Assembly (NCBI GenBank): GCA_048938005.1
Contig: JBHLMQ010000041.1
Location: 1-27,536 of the forward strand
DNA: 27,536 bases
Direction of reading: 5' to 3'
Source of the DNA: Promethearchaeota archaeon
GTDB lineage: Archaea; Asgardarchaeota; Lokiarchaeia; Sigyniarchaeales; SOKP01
The notes beneath the pieces were generated by a model. That model searched no databases. It was not told the DNA's origin and saw nothing but the letters and a program-made list of their open reading frames with translations. Shown here piece after piece: positions 17,996-27,536 of this stretch. The first letter of the stretch is position 1. Every line of letters begins with the position of its first letter. The translations under genes were made by a program, and so were the position numbers.

Positions 17996-20557
17996 ATGAT
18001 ACGCATGACGGATGCGCAAAATAGTCTTTTGCATAAAAAAAGAGATTTAAAATTTTACTATGAAATGGCACAAGAGGCATTTCAAGCAAATGATGTCAAT
18101 GAAGCGTTAAAAATATCTCAAAATGCTTTGCAAATTGCCCAATCTCAAAACGAGTCTAAATGGGTTCAAATATTTGACTCTTTCAATTCCCAATTACACC
18201 AAAAAGTTCCCTTATTAGCTTCTAGCCCTATCAAGGAGAATCTTACTGGTATAAAGGGGATTGGAGTGAAAGTAGCTGAAAGACTAATTAATGCTGGAAT
18301 TAAAACAATAAATGACTTAGCACATACTTCTGTACAAAAATTGGCGTCACTCGAAGGAATAGGAAAGGCAACCGCTCAAAGATTTATTGACAGTGCGAAA
18401 GAACGATTACATATGAAGAAATTAAATGGATTCTCAGGAAGATCGCAAATTAAGTTAGGAGATTCATTTAATTCCAAAAAGAGTTTCAAAGAATCTAAGC
18501 AAGTTGATTTAGATTACTCTGAATCTATAAAAATTAATTCCCATGAAAGAATGCCAAATTATATATTGACATTAAGTCCTTCCACGCCAATCGTGGTTGA
18601 TGGTTCAAATATAGCATGGATGGGTGGTGATAAAAAGAAAGGAGATATCCCAGAATTAAAATATTTAATCGAATTAAGGGAATACTTAATAAACATCGGA
18701 TTTAAAGAGATTACTATATTTTGCGACTTTGGGTTACCATATATAATTGACGAACGTAAAAAATTAGAGGATTTGATACAGAAGAAAATTATTTACCGAG
18801 CCCTGAAAGAAGGAAAAGAAGTAGATGATCATTATGTTCTTCAGTATGCTAAGAAAGTAAATGGTTATTTCATTGTTGAGTCTGAAAAATATAGTAATTG
18901 GTTTAATAGGGGATATGATGAAGATTGGATTAAGGAAAGAAGAATAACAGCACGATATGTGAAAGGCGAATTTCTATTAAAACCTATAATTGAAATCACT
19001 GAAGACTTTAAAGACCTTAAAAGTGAGTCCATAAAAGTTGATAAAAATGTCGATTACGAAGAAATTCACGAAATTGATATTCCTGAAAAAATTCATGAGA
19101 ATAATCCTCCAAAATCATTCCCTTGGTTTGATGGAAAGTACAATTATTCACGATTAGGAAAGAGTTATCCCAGAGGACAAGGATTAAAGATTATTGAACA
19201 AGATGAGGACTTCAATGAGAGTGATATAGAAGAAATTTCCAATGATCTAGAAGAAATCTCTGGTGATATAAAGGATGACGTAAAACAAGATTCTGCTGAT
19301 GGAAGTCTTGCTATACAATCTGAAATCCTACGTCAAAAAAATTTTGAATTAATTGAACGTGCTAAAGTTTCCAAAAAAATCTTGAATCATTCTCAAATAA
19401 AAGATATAACCACAGAAATCTCAAAGGAACTAGAATTATCTGAATTTTTCATTGTTAAACCTATACAAGAATTAAGAACAATACTTACAGGTATCGATCT
19501 TTTAGCAATACGACTCACAAAAGTACATGAATTCCTAGATTTAATATTTATTGTTCCAATTAAAATCTGTATGCTTACAGAGTCTCTCATCGTTTCGGAT
19601 ACTACTATGAGGTATCATTCAGTAGAAAATATTCCTGAAAACGACTATCATCTAGAGAAGTTGTTACAATCATATCTACAAGCACTCTCTAATTGTGGAC
19701 AGTTAGTTTATGAAGATATTGGAAAGGAAGGAGCGCTATTTAGATATATAACAAAATATTTACACTTAGATATTTCACTCGAAAAAACTTTTACTCATAA
19801 AAATCTCTTTTTTCGCTCAGGACCACTTCAGTTTAAAATTTTAGCCGAGCCGATTTTAGTGAGCCAAAGCAAAGTAGGATTTACAGAAAAACTCATTCCG
19901 TTTGCGTATCAAAAAAATTCAAACATCCACGTAGTAGAGATATTTCATTTATCCGATCTTTTGCAATATCTTGATCAGAAATATTTTCTTGTTGAGACTT
20001 ATAGCAAGAAGGAGAGCTCACTTGCGTTATACTGCAAAGCATCAAACAAATTTATGGAAGATTTAAGAAGAATTTCTGCTCCCTTTATGATCTATGGGGT
20101 GATCTTTTTGTTTATCTTTTTATTTCAGGAAGATTTCTTATTATTCTGGTTGGTCAATTTAGGTTATGGAGTAATTGCGTTTTATACCTTGATAGTTGGA
20201 TATCTCTATATAAGATTTTATCAACATAAAGTAGGACTTCAGAAAGAGTTTTCAACCCCATATTTTAAGAAAACATTCGATTTTGATGATACTGACCTTA
20301 TACTAATAAGGGAAGAGTTGAGTAAACCGTTTATGGCACAATTTACATACGAAATGCTAGGTAAAAATCCTAATTCGAAGGTTATTTCGGAACTTGAAAA
20401 GTATAATGCTGAAACATATCTTAAAACGAAAGAAAAAGAGAAAAAAGAAAGGGAGAACAATTCAATTTCGAAATTATTTGAACCAAAAACCCAACCTAAA
20501 AATTCAGAACTTAAGAACAAATTAGTAGAGAAATATAGCTCATTTTTGGAGGATTAA
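17996..20557 (+). CDS. Multidomain membrane protein: (HhH)2, NYN/PIN (Zc3h12a/Regnase-like) domain, acidic linker, alpha/beta domain, 2 TM helices
   Basis: LTGIKGIGVKVAERLINAGIKTINDLA...LEGIGKATAQRFI; PIVVDGSNIAW...IFCD...DDHYVLQYAKKVNGYFIV; TM hairpin near the C-terminus. Confidence 0.8.
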   Translation: MIRMTDAQNSLLHKKRDLKFYYEMAQEAFQANDVNEALKISQNALQIAQSQNESKWVQIFDSFNSQLHQKVPLLASSPIKENLTGIKGIGVKVAERLINAGIKTINDLAHTSVQKLASLEGIGKATAQRFIDSAKERLHMKKLNGFSGRSQIKLGDSFNSKKSFKESKQVDLDYSESIKINSHERMPNYILTLSPSTPIVVDGSNIAWMGGDKKKGDIPELKYLIELREYLINIGFKEITIFCDFGLPYIIDERKKLEDLIQKKIIYRALKEGKEVDDHYVLQYAKKVNGYFIVESEKYSNWFNRGYDEDWIKERRITARYVKGEFLLKPIIEITEDFKDLKSESIKVDKNVDYEEIHEIDIPEKIHENNPPKSFPWFDGKYNYSRLGKSYPRGQGLKIIEQDEDFNESDIEEISNDLEEISGDIKDDVKQDSADGSLAIQSEILRQKNFELIERAKVSKKILNHSQIKDITTEISKELELSEFFIVKPIQELRTILTGIDLLAIRLTKVHEFLDLIFIVPIKICMLTESLIVSDTTMRYHSVENIPENDYHLEKLLQSYLQALSNCGQLVYEDIGKEGALFRYITKYLHLDISLEKTFTHKNLFFRSGPLQFKILAEPILVSQSKVGFTEKLIPFAYQKNSNIHVVEIFHLSDLLQYLDQKYFLVETYSKKESSLALYCKASNKFMEDLRRISAPFMIYGVIFLFIFLFQEDFLLFWLVNLGYGVIAFYTLIVGYLYIRFYQHKVGLQKEFSTPYFKKTFDFDDTDLILIREELSKPFMAQFTYEMLGKNPNSKVISELEKYNAETYLKTKEKEKKERENNSISKLFEPKTQPKNSELKNKLVEKYSSFLED

Positions 20558-20560
20558 CAA

Positions 20561-21292
20561 ATGAAAGTTATGAAAAATCATATATTTAGAATAGCTTTTA
20601 TGATAGGATTAATTTTTCTATTCTTCTCTGTATTCTTGGAGTGGTATTGTTTTCAAATTTTTGATTTAGACAATGAGCTTATTGTTTCATGGAACTATAA
20701 TCTATTTTTCGGGTGGATGACCCCATTTTCTGGTGATTTTACTCTTAATGAGGCGATGAAACCGGAAAGTACTTCAATACCCTTAATGATTAATATCTTA
20801 TTTATAGGTTCAATCATCCTCTCTGGTTATGTGGTGCTTTTTAAAGACGTCAATCATGCCATAAACGTTAAGAATTACCATAAATATGCCTTTATCAACG
20901 GGTTTGCATTATTAATGGCGAGCTTTTATATAATTATTGCTCCCATAATGTATTTGATTCCTTATGAGCTTTATTTCCCTCTACTTAATATTGTGAATTA
21001 TGATGCGGGATTCGTGTCTTTATATGCAATTGGTCCGGGATATATTTTGCAATTCATCTCATTTCCATTAATATTTCCATATTCAGTCTTTTATTATCGA
21101 ACCATAACTATATTCAGACAAGAAGAACAGACTCCCGAGAAAATGGTGAACAATGTAATAAACAATGCTCAAGAACCGCTTGATTTAGATAAATTCATCG
21201 CTGAGGAAGAATTACGTCAAAAATTTGATACTCCTGAAGATGATATTAATAAGATAGTTTCAACATTTATAGAGGGGGATAGAAAAGTATGA
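20561..21292 (+). CDS. Four-TM membrane protein with acidic C-terminal tail
   Basis: Four hydrophobic segments. It starts 3 nt after the preceding stop, behind a GGAGGA SD-like motif. Confidence 0.75.
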   Translation: MKVMKNHIFRIAFMIGLIFLFFSVFLEWYCFQIFDLDNELIVSWNYNLFFGWMTPFSGDFTLNEAMKPESTSIPLMINILFIGSIILSGYVVLFKDVNHAINVKNYHKYAFINGFALLMASFYIIIAPIMYLIPYELYFPLLNIVNYDAGFVSLYAIGPGYILQFISFPLIFPYSVFYYRTITIFRQEEQTPEKMVNNVINNAQEPLDLDKFIAEEELRQKFDTPEDDINKIVSTFIEGDRKV

Positions 21293-22149
21293 ATTATTCT
21301 GTAGTAGATGCTAAATTAAAAAATTTAATTCAAGTGTGTAAACAGACAGAAAATTTCAAAAAGTTAGCAGTGGTCAGCTTCATTTTAACAAGTAATAAAG
21401 TAGATGAAATTGGGATTAAACTAGGAATTCGGCAACGTGATAGAGTATCAGGAGAAAAATTGTTCGAATATATGGAATTAATAAATGAAATCTTTAAAGC
21501 AAATTTGAAAATTTCAATCTTTCAAAATGATTATATTGAAGAAATAAGGGAATGCGAGCTTCTTTTTCTTAGGAATAAAGGTAATATTCCTTATGAACAC
21601 ATCAAGACCATGTTTCATATCTATTATGAATTAAGAAAGATTGAAGTACCAAATCTCCATAAAAGTCTAGAAGGTGATGAGTTTATAACATCATCACAGC
21701 TGGGAGCTATCTCATTTCTATCTCCAGGAAGGAGGCAAAAGCAAAAAGATTCTGGCACGTTAAAACCGTTAATTGTGCAAAAAATAAACGAAAGGCAAGT
21801 AGATTTACAACACAGTTTACAAAACAGATTGGATAGTCAGAAACTAGAGACTGCTATCTATTTACGTTCTATTAAAGATTCACTTCTTCATGATAAAAAA
21901 GGGAGAATCATGGTTCATGGAGCCCTAAAAGATAATCTACAATATCAAGGCTCGCTTGATAGTATATGGGGTTTCTTGATTATTGGTCTAATAGTATTGC
22001 TTGGTTCACTTGGGATTGTTATCCTAATCGAATTAAGCTTTATTCATATAATTTCAGGTGAATTAAACTCTTTAGTTCTATATCTGTTTGTGGCTACTGC
22101 TGTGTTGTTATTTGCTTATATAAGATATTATAGAAAGGGGCGGAAGTAG
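21289..22149 (+). CDS. Hypothetical protein: helical soluble domain plus C-terminal TM hairpin
   Basis: 286-aa ORF with an ATGA overlap on the upstream gene. Two terminal TM segments and a basic tail. Confidence 0.75.
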   Translation: MNYSVVDAKLKNLIQVCKQTENFKKLAVVSFILTSNKVDEIGIKLGIRQRDRVSGEKLFEYMELINEIFKANLKISIFQNDYIEEIRECELLFLRNKGNIPYEHIKTMFHIYYELRKIEVPNLHKSLEGDEFITSSQLGAISFLSPGRRQKQKDSGTLKPLIVQKINERQVDLQHSLQNRLDSQKLETAIYLRSIKDSLLHDKKGRIMVHGALKDNLQYQGSLDSIWGFLIIGLIVLLGSLGIVILIELSFIHIISGELNSLVLYLFVATAVLLFAYIRYYRKGRK

Positions 22150-22150
22150 T

Positions 22151-25100
22151 ATGGTTAAAAGCTATAATCCAGAAGATTTTACAAGAAGAGATAATTCTGA
22201 AACGAAAAGAAAAAGGAAAGTGTATATTGAAGAAACAGATGAAAAAGAATATTTGAAAATATGGGATGTTAATCCATCATTTAAAGATATCCATCGTAAT
22301 TTATCACTTGTAAAGACAATTTCATTGTTAGTTTTAGCATTTTTTATTATAATCTCTTACTATCTCCTCAGCGGACTTCTTATCTCTTCAATATTTCTTG
22401 GAGTAGTATGTGTTGGTGTATTTATTATAATTTTTAATGATGAAATTTATTTATTACGTTATTTCATTCCATTTACTTTTCGTAGTAAATTAAAGTTTAA
22501 TCCTTTCGAAGATCTTGTGTTCTGGTTTGAAGAAGATAATCCCTCAACATTATATATATCCAATAGGAAAGATCTAATTCATATTGCACTTCAGATATTT
22601 CAGGTTGATATAATCCCTGAAAATGTGAGTTCGGCAGTACATAAATTTGTAAGAACATTAAATACTAAAGATAAACGTTTATCATTTTCATACCAAATAG
22701 TTCAGAAGCCAATTATTCCCTTATTTAAAGAGCAAAGATCACGGGATACCATGCTTAAATCATTACAGTCAAGAGGAGCTAGTATATACTTCACGGTCTT
22801 TAACCTGGAAAAAGGGATTCTTTCTGAGCATAAAATCGACCGCCTAAAATATAATATAAAAAAAGATTCAAATGATCTAAAAAGCAACCTTGTGAGTAAT
22901 TTTCATCATTTTAGAGCGACACTTCTTTCAGACACCGCACTACTAAATGCAATTCGGGCAATATTTACAATACATGATATATGTCTCGATATAAAATCAG
23001 ATAAAAAAGAAGCATTGAAAGGCAATAATTATCATACAATTGCAAAATTAGGCTTCTGTACCCTACTTATTTTATACATTGATGTTGTACTCTTTTTCTT
23101 GGGAATATTTATTCTGTACATCCTTATTGTTAATCTTGGGGTTACAATTTCATTAATTTTTATATGGTGGAGATCAATATTATTTCAATTGACAAAGGCA
23201 AAATTGCTACGACATGATAATGTTATCACTGTAAACCCCTTTAAAAATATTGATTTTTATCGTATTAAGAAGCATCCTTACAGCTTATTTCTCCATATAG
23301 ATAATCAATTTGTAATTGGGATGAAAATGGTAAACCTCAGATATGTATATCAGGCTCCTTATTGCTCGTTGAGTAAGTTCATTGAAAGTCTAAATAACCA
23401 TAAAGTCCATTTTAGCTATACATTAAAAAATAGGCCATTACACCCGTATGAGTTTTATAACCATGGATTAGATTTTCTAAATGAAAAACAAAAAGAGTTG
23501 CTTCTAAAAAGAGAAGTTACCAGATCTAAAAAAGAAGTTCAATGGGAAAAATGGTTAGGGTATCGCTCTGGAATGTGGGATAGTATGTTAATCATGTCGG
23601 TATATACATATACCTTTATTAATTTAATTAAACCTGATACATTTGAAAATTTAGAAGATGAACTAAATGAAAAGATTGAGGCTCTTAAAGGAGCATTTAA
23701 AATCAATTTTTATGGATATCATATTGAAGATATAAGTTCTACTAAGTTAATTTCGGGTTATCTTTTTACCAGCATAAAAAATAACCTTTTTAGACTAAAT
23801 GGGACTCATCTTAATTACGTCATGCTACAGGGCGCAAGAATGTATTCACTTTCTGATGTGGTAGATATCCTTAAAAAAGGTGTTGAAGCAAAAATCGCTG
23901 CTGAATTTAACACACCCCTCTATTTAGAAAATTTTATTACACTCGGACATACAATAAATACTGAAGTATGGGAGAGAGAAGTTCCTTTAGGATTCACAAA
24001 TGATCAATTGAAGAATTTACTCATTGTAAATGGCACTTCGCAAAAGAGAGATGCCTTATGCATGAAAATTGTCGCAGAGTTAATAAAAGCAAAAGTTCCT
24101 TCCCTCATTTTTGATTTTGATGGAACATGGTCTAAATTAATAAAATATTTTCACAATACGCGTTTTGAAGATGAAATTTTATATTTCAAATATGGGAGTG
24201 CCTTTACCATCGATCCATTAACTTCGGATATCCTATATGATACGAAAAATACAAGTTATCTAGAATATTTGTATGATGCATTTGGAATTGCATTTAAAAA
24301 AGATGATAGAACGGTAGAAATGTTCCGAAATACGATATTAAGCCATCCGGGAATGGATCTTGGTGCAATTCGAATGGCATTGCAAAATCAAAGTGAATGG
24401 GAGAAAAGTCCTATCAATAATTTACTGCTTTCATTATTCTCAGATTTCACTCAAGATGATTTAACTTATTTTCAACCAGTCCAAAAAGATAGTATTACTA
24501 CTTCTAATTTCATCAAGACACACCAGACCATAATTATTGATCTCTCAATATTAAGAGAACTTAACAAGAAATTGTTTTTAACATTTGTACTTCTGGCAAA
24601 GATCATCCATTATAGTACCACAGCAGAGAATTATTATGAAAAGATTATTTTTATTCCATTTATTGATAGCTTCTTTGATGCATATTACATAAATCTGAAA
24701 AGAAATTACGATAAAGTTGATCTTTTTTTAAGACCACTTATAGAAAAGGGTTTCGGACTTATTTTTACAGCAAATCAAGTTAATTATCTCCATGCGAATA
24801 TGATGCTCTATTTTAATAATATTATTGCGTTAAGAGCAACAGATATACGAGATATTGCGATGCTACGAAATTTAATGAATCTACAGGAACTATATGGAAC
24901 AGGGTATTATACTTCCTCACGTAATAACACATATCAAATTGATTATCTTAAAAATATGAGGAACAATGAAGTGCTAATTCGAAGGGATGATATTTATCAA
25001 GCTTTTCCAGCACGAATAGACTGGGGAGAGATTCAAGAATTAAATCCTTTATCGCATGAAGAGATAGTTGCATTCATGAAAGTCCAGGGCTATGATATAC

Positions 25101-25963
25101 AATTTACCGAACGAAAAATACTGGATCAAGCACGTGAGACCTTATTTGAGATAGATTTAGGGCATTACTTCATTTATGTTGAAGAGATAATAAATTTCTT
25201 AGATTATGTACAAACTGTCGATCAGATCGGAAATCTCTATAGACAAAAATTAAAACAGGATTTGAAAGAATACCTGTATCCTAAGATCTCACAAAAGATA
25301 CAAAAGAAAGAGCATATGAAAAAGATTAGAGATAAAGTGTTAGACACCCTTATTAAACATGGATATTTAGTTGAAAACCATCCCAGAAGGGCAAGTGGTA
25401 CAGAAGCTCTAAGAACATCGTACTCTGTTGGAGAACGATACCAACAAGCGTTAGAAGATTATTATGAAGTGAAAGGGAAAACTCTCACAGATATTAACGT
25501 TGAGATATTAGAAAAAGGGACTAGACACCCTGATGATTTAAAACACATTTTTCAAGAACCCCCTCGGAAATATATTATTCAGCAAAATAATTTAAAAGAT
25601 GCGTTAATGCGTGAATTTAGCGATTTTAACTATGATATCTTTAAGATCTATATGTGTATCGACGAGGAAAATTATTCTGATGCGTTAAAAATAGAACATA
25701 AGTTAATTCAAACATATTTGATTAATGTATATCGGCAATTTCAAAATGTAACAACGATAAATATTGATAAATTCACTCAATTCTTATCTACGCTAGAAAA
25801 AGTCAAGGGATTTCCATTTACCACAGAAGGACTTATGGAATATATGAATAAATATGAAATTATAGAACTAGAACAAGGGAATCTGGAATCCTTAGCCAAA
25901 GAAATATATTACTTTATTTATGAGTTCTTTATTAAAATTCAGCATTATATTTATGGAGAATAA
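22151..25963 (+). CDS. Membrane-anchored VirB4/HerA/FtsK-like protein with degenerate Walker motifs
   Basis: Two TM-hairpin+domain units, then ITLGHT...VPLGF...LKNLLIVNGTSQKRD (Walker A position), SLIFDFDGTW, FTIDPL, TIIIDLS and GFGLIFTANQ. This is the motif order typical of HerA/VirB4 ATPases. Confidence 0.65.
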   Translation: MVKSYNPEDFTRRDNSETKRKRKVYIEETDEKEYLKIWDVNPSFKDIHRNLSLVKTISLLVLAFFIIISYYLLSGLLISSIFLGVVCVGVFIIIFNDEIYLLRYFIPFTFRSKLKFNPFEDLVFWFEEDNPSTLYISNRKDLIHIALQIFQVDIIPENVSSAVHKFVRTLNTKDKRLSFSYQIVQKPIIPLFKEQRSRDTMLKSLQSRGASIYFTVFNLEKGILSEHKIDRLKYNIKKDSNDLKSNLVSNFHHFRATLLSDTALLNAIRAIFTIHDICLDIKSDKKEALKGNNYHTIAKLGFCTLLILYIDVVLFFLGIFILYILIVNLGVTISLIFIWWRSILFQLTKAKLLRHDNVITVNPFKNIDFYRIKKHPYSLFLHIDNQFVIGMKMVNLRYVYQAPYCSLSKFIESLNNHKVHFSYTLKNRPLHPYEFYNHGLDFLNEKQKELLLKREVTRSKKEVQWEKWLGYRSGMWDSMLIMSVYTYTFINLIKPDTFENLEDELNEKIEALKGAFKINFYGYHIEDISSTKLISGYLFTSIKNNLFRLNGTHLNYVMLQGARMYSLSDVVDILKKGVEAKIAAEFNTPLYLENFITLGHTINTEVWEREVPLGFTNDQLKNLLIVNGTSQKRDALCMKIVAELIKAKVPSLIFDFDGTWSKLIKYFHNTRFEDEILYFKYGSAFTIDPLTSDILYDTKNTSYLEYLYDAFGIAFKKDDRTVEMFRNTILSHPGMDLGAIRMALQNQSEWEKSPINNLLLSLFSDFTQDDLTYFQPVQKDSITTSNFIKTHQTIIIDLSILRELNKKLFLTFVLLAKIIHYSTTAENYYEKIIFIPFIDSFFDAYYINLKRNYDKVDLFLRPLIEKGFGLIFTANQVNYLHANMMLYFNNIIALRATDIRDIAMLRNLMNLQELYGTGYYTSSRNNTYQIDYLKNMRNNEVLIRRDDIYQAFPARIDWGEIQELNPLSHEEIVAFMKVQGYDIQFTERKILDQARETLFEIDLGHYFIYVEEIINFLDYVQTVDQIGNLYRQKLKQDLKEYLYPKISQKIQKKEHMKKIRDKVLDTLIKHGYLVENHPRRASGTEALRTSYSVGERYQQALEDYYEVKGKTLTDINVEILEKGTRHPDDLKHIFQEPPRKYIIQQNNLKDALMREFSDFNYDIFKIYMCIDEENYSDALKIEHKLIQTYLINVYRQFQNVTTINIDKFTQFLSTLEKVKGFPFTTEGLMEYMNKYEIIELEQGNLESLAKEIYYFIYEFFIKIQHYIYGE

Positions 25964-25965
25964 TT

Positions 25966-26322
25966 ATGCAAAAAGAAAATAATCTTGAAGAAATGTTAGA
26001 AAAAATAGTATTTGATAAGGATAATCTAGCTATCTTAAAGACAGCTATTAATAAGGTAGATTCAGGAGAGATTTCATTGAAGGAATTAAGGCAACAGATC
26101 ATTGATCTTCGAGTACGACTGTTAGAGGGATTAATCAAATACATTCCATTCTATCTTAAGCAAACAACTACTAAGAAATCTTTAGTAGAATTTACTATGA
26201 ATAACACTAATAATCATCAATTAGAACAAGAATTAAAAGAGAGAAATGAACTTCTTGAAAAAGTCGGATCCCGTATTAATAGAATTTATGAAACGTTAAA
26301 AGATAAGGAGATCTCTGAATAA
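25966..26322 (+). CDS. Small coiled-coil hypothetical protein, last gene of the operon
   Basis: 118-aa ORF rich in L, E and K. It starts 2 nt after the previous stop. Confidence 0.7.
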   Translation: MQKENNLEEMLEKIVFDKDNLAILKTAINKVDSGEISLKELRQQIIDLRVRLLEGLIKYIPFYLKQTTTKKSLVEFTMNNTNNHQLEQELKERNELLEKVGSRINRIYETLKDKEISE

Positions 26323-26340
26323 AAAGATCTCTGAATAAAA
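26309..26340 (+). repeat. Exact 16-bp tandem duplication spanning a stop codon
   Basis: AGATCTCTGAATAAAA at 26309-26324 and 26325-26340. Confidence 0.9.
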
Positions 26341-26502
26341 TCTGACTTTTATTCAATTTTCTAATTTTTTGATAATTACTATTTAAAGGAAAAAACCTGA
26401 GTGAGTTCTCCCCTTTTTTATTTAAATATAGTTGTGAAATTTATAGTTAAACTATTACAGAACGCTCAAAATACGTAAATAACTACAAAAATGTAAATAA
26501 CT

Positions 26503-27536
26503 ATGTTATCTGAAGACGTGATTTCAAATTCAACTGTGTCATTAAAGGAATTATTTCCTAGTTATACAAATCACTTTATTAAACCATTTGAGAAAGTAGT
26601 GGATCCTGATTTTCATAATGGGATGTGCCTTGATTTCGAACTGTGCGATAGAGACTCTAAGGAAAAAGTAAATCCAATACTTCGACTTGCTAGACCAGAA
26701 GATGGAGAAGAAATTGTCGAAATTTACAAGGAACTGTATAACGGTACATATCCATATAAAGAAATGGAAAATACGGATGAGGTTCGAAAGATGATAAAAG
26801 ATCCAACTATTCAATGGATTATTTATCAAGATCCTTCCTATAATTTAGCAGGATGCATAACATTTGTTTTAGATTTTGATAATAAACGGGGATATATTCG
26901 AGGATTTATGCTCAAAAAGAAGTATCAAGGATATGTTGATATTACAAAAGCGATGATTGGCTCAATGATAGGCATGATACATAAATTCGGAGATAAAATC
27001 TATACATGGTATGTAGAAAACAGAACTGCTCATTCAAAGTCTCAATATTCAATGTGTGTCTGCGGTATCGCTCCTATTGGATTTTATCCAAATAAGGATG
27101 TATTTTTAGGAAAAATAGAATCTGACTTAATGCAAATTTGCTACGATGAGAGAGCATTAAGAGAGTTTCGAACGAGAGCAATTCCAAAAATACTTCCACA
27201 AGTAGAAGAGTGTTATTTATATTCTGACAGGCGATATCAATTAGGAGATTATCACATTAAAGTCCCTGATATAAAATTAGATAGAAAAAAAGTTTCTCGA
27301 ATTAAGAAGAAACTTGTAAAAAATGTGGAGACCGATAAGTTTGGATATGAGAATATCAAGTTTAGCATTGCTAGTACAAAATCTTATTTTCAATTTTTAT
27401 ATACTTCACAGGTGCAAAATTTCGAAAAGACTAAATATAGAGTAAATAATCTTGAAGAACTATATGTTTTTGTTCAAGAATTTATCAAATGTGGAAAGGA
27501 ATTAGGAATTCGCTATTGTGAAGCATTTATTTCTGC
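26503..27536 (+). CDS. GNAT-family N-acetyltransferase, probably two-domain (3' end outside the window)
   Basis: Not in the ORF track. The frame is open from ATG 26503 to the window end: ...ILRLARPEDGEEIVEIYKELYNGTYPY...GYIRGFMLKKKYQG...WYVENRTAHSKSQ...PIGFYP. Confidence 0.75.
   Translation, partial: MLSEDVISNSTVSLKELFPSYTNHFIKPFEKVVDPDFHNGMCLDFELCDRDSKEKVNPILRLARPEDGEEIVEIYKELYNGTYPYKEMENTDEVRKMIKDPTIQWIIYQDPSYNLAGCITFVLDFDNKRGYIRGFMLKKKYQGYVDITKAMIGSMIGMIHKFGDKIYTWYVENRTAHSKSQYSMCVCGIAPIGFYPNKDVFLGKIESDLMQICYDERALREFRTRAIPKILPQVEECYLYSDRRYQLGDYHIKVPDIKLDRKKVSRIKKKLVKNVETDKFGYENIKFSIASTKSYFQFLYTSQVQNFEKTKYRVNNLEELYVFVQEFIKCGKELGIRYCEAFIS

Noticed and set aside
17883-18089. 68-aa ORF as the N-terminus of the hidden gene via TGA (selenocysteine) readthrough
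   Set aside because: It is in frame with 17574-17879, but the TGA is immediately followed by TAA. The ORF also overlaps the divergent 853-aa gene and its promoter.
12367-26829. Remaining short track ORFs (12367, 13051, 13365, 13511, 14792, 16645, 19393, 20239, 22702, 25932, 26551; also 2423)
   Set aside because: All overlap longer, better-supported genes on the opposite strand or in another frame. 26551-26829 is antisense to the GNAT gene.

Overview
AT-rich archaeal chromosomal window, most likely from an Asgard archaeon of the Lokiarchaeia type. This is inferred from the TFB, Hef, Hel308 and RadA-paralogue genes, poly-T terminators and the signal/anchor motifs; no marker gene is present. 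The backbone is a DNA repair/recombination neighbourhood: a partial RadB-like ATPase, a divergent TFB paralogue, a Hef/FANCM helicase with a degenerate nuclease domain and a Hel308-like helicase with a SWIM zinc-finger insertion. It also holds a tightly coupled five-gene membrane operon (HhH+NYN/PIN+TM protein, two membrane proteins, a 1270-aa VirB4/HerA-like protein with degenerate Walker motifs, and a small coiled-coil protein). The most striking element is the gene at 6582-9077. It encodes a secreted, C-terminally anchored protein with three tandem phage tail-collar/HxH fibre units (a possible single-chain pseudo-trimeric fibre) on three Fn3/Ig-like repeats. It lies between two diverged 281-bp direct repeats (6282-6562 and 9267-9547) that duplicate a gene junction. 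Three genes missing from the ORF track were read by hand: 1-608 (-), 17574-17879 (-) and 26503-27536 (+). No rRNA, tRNA, CRISPR array, integrase or transposase was seen. All family calls come from motif recognition by eye, not database searches.
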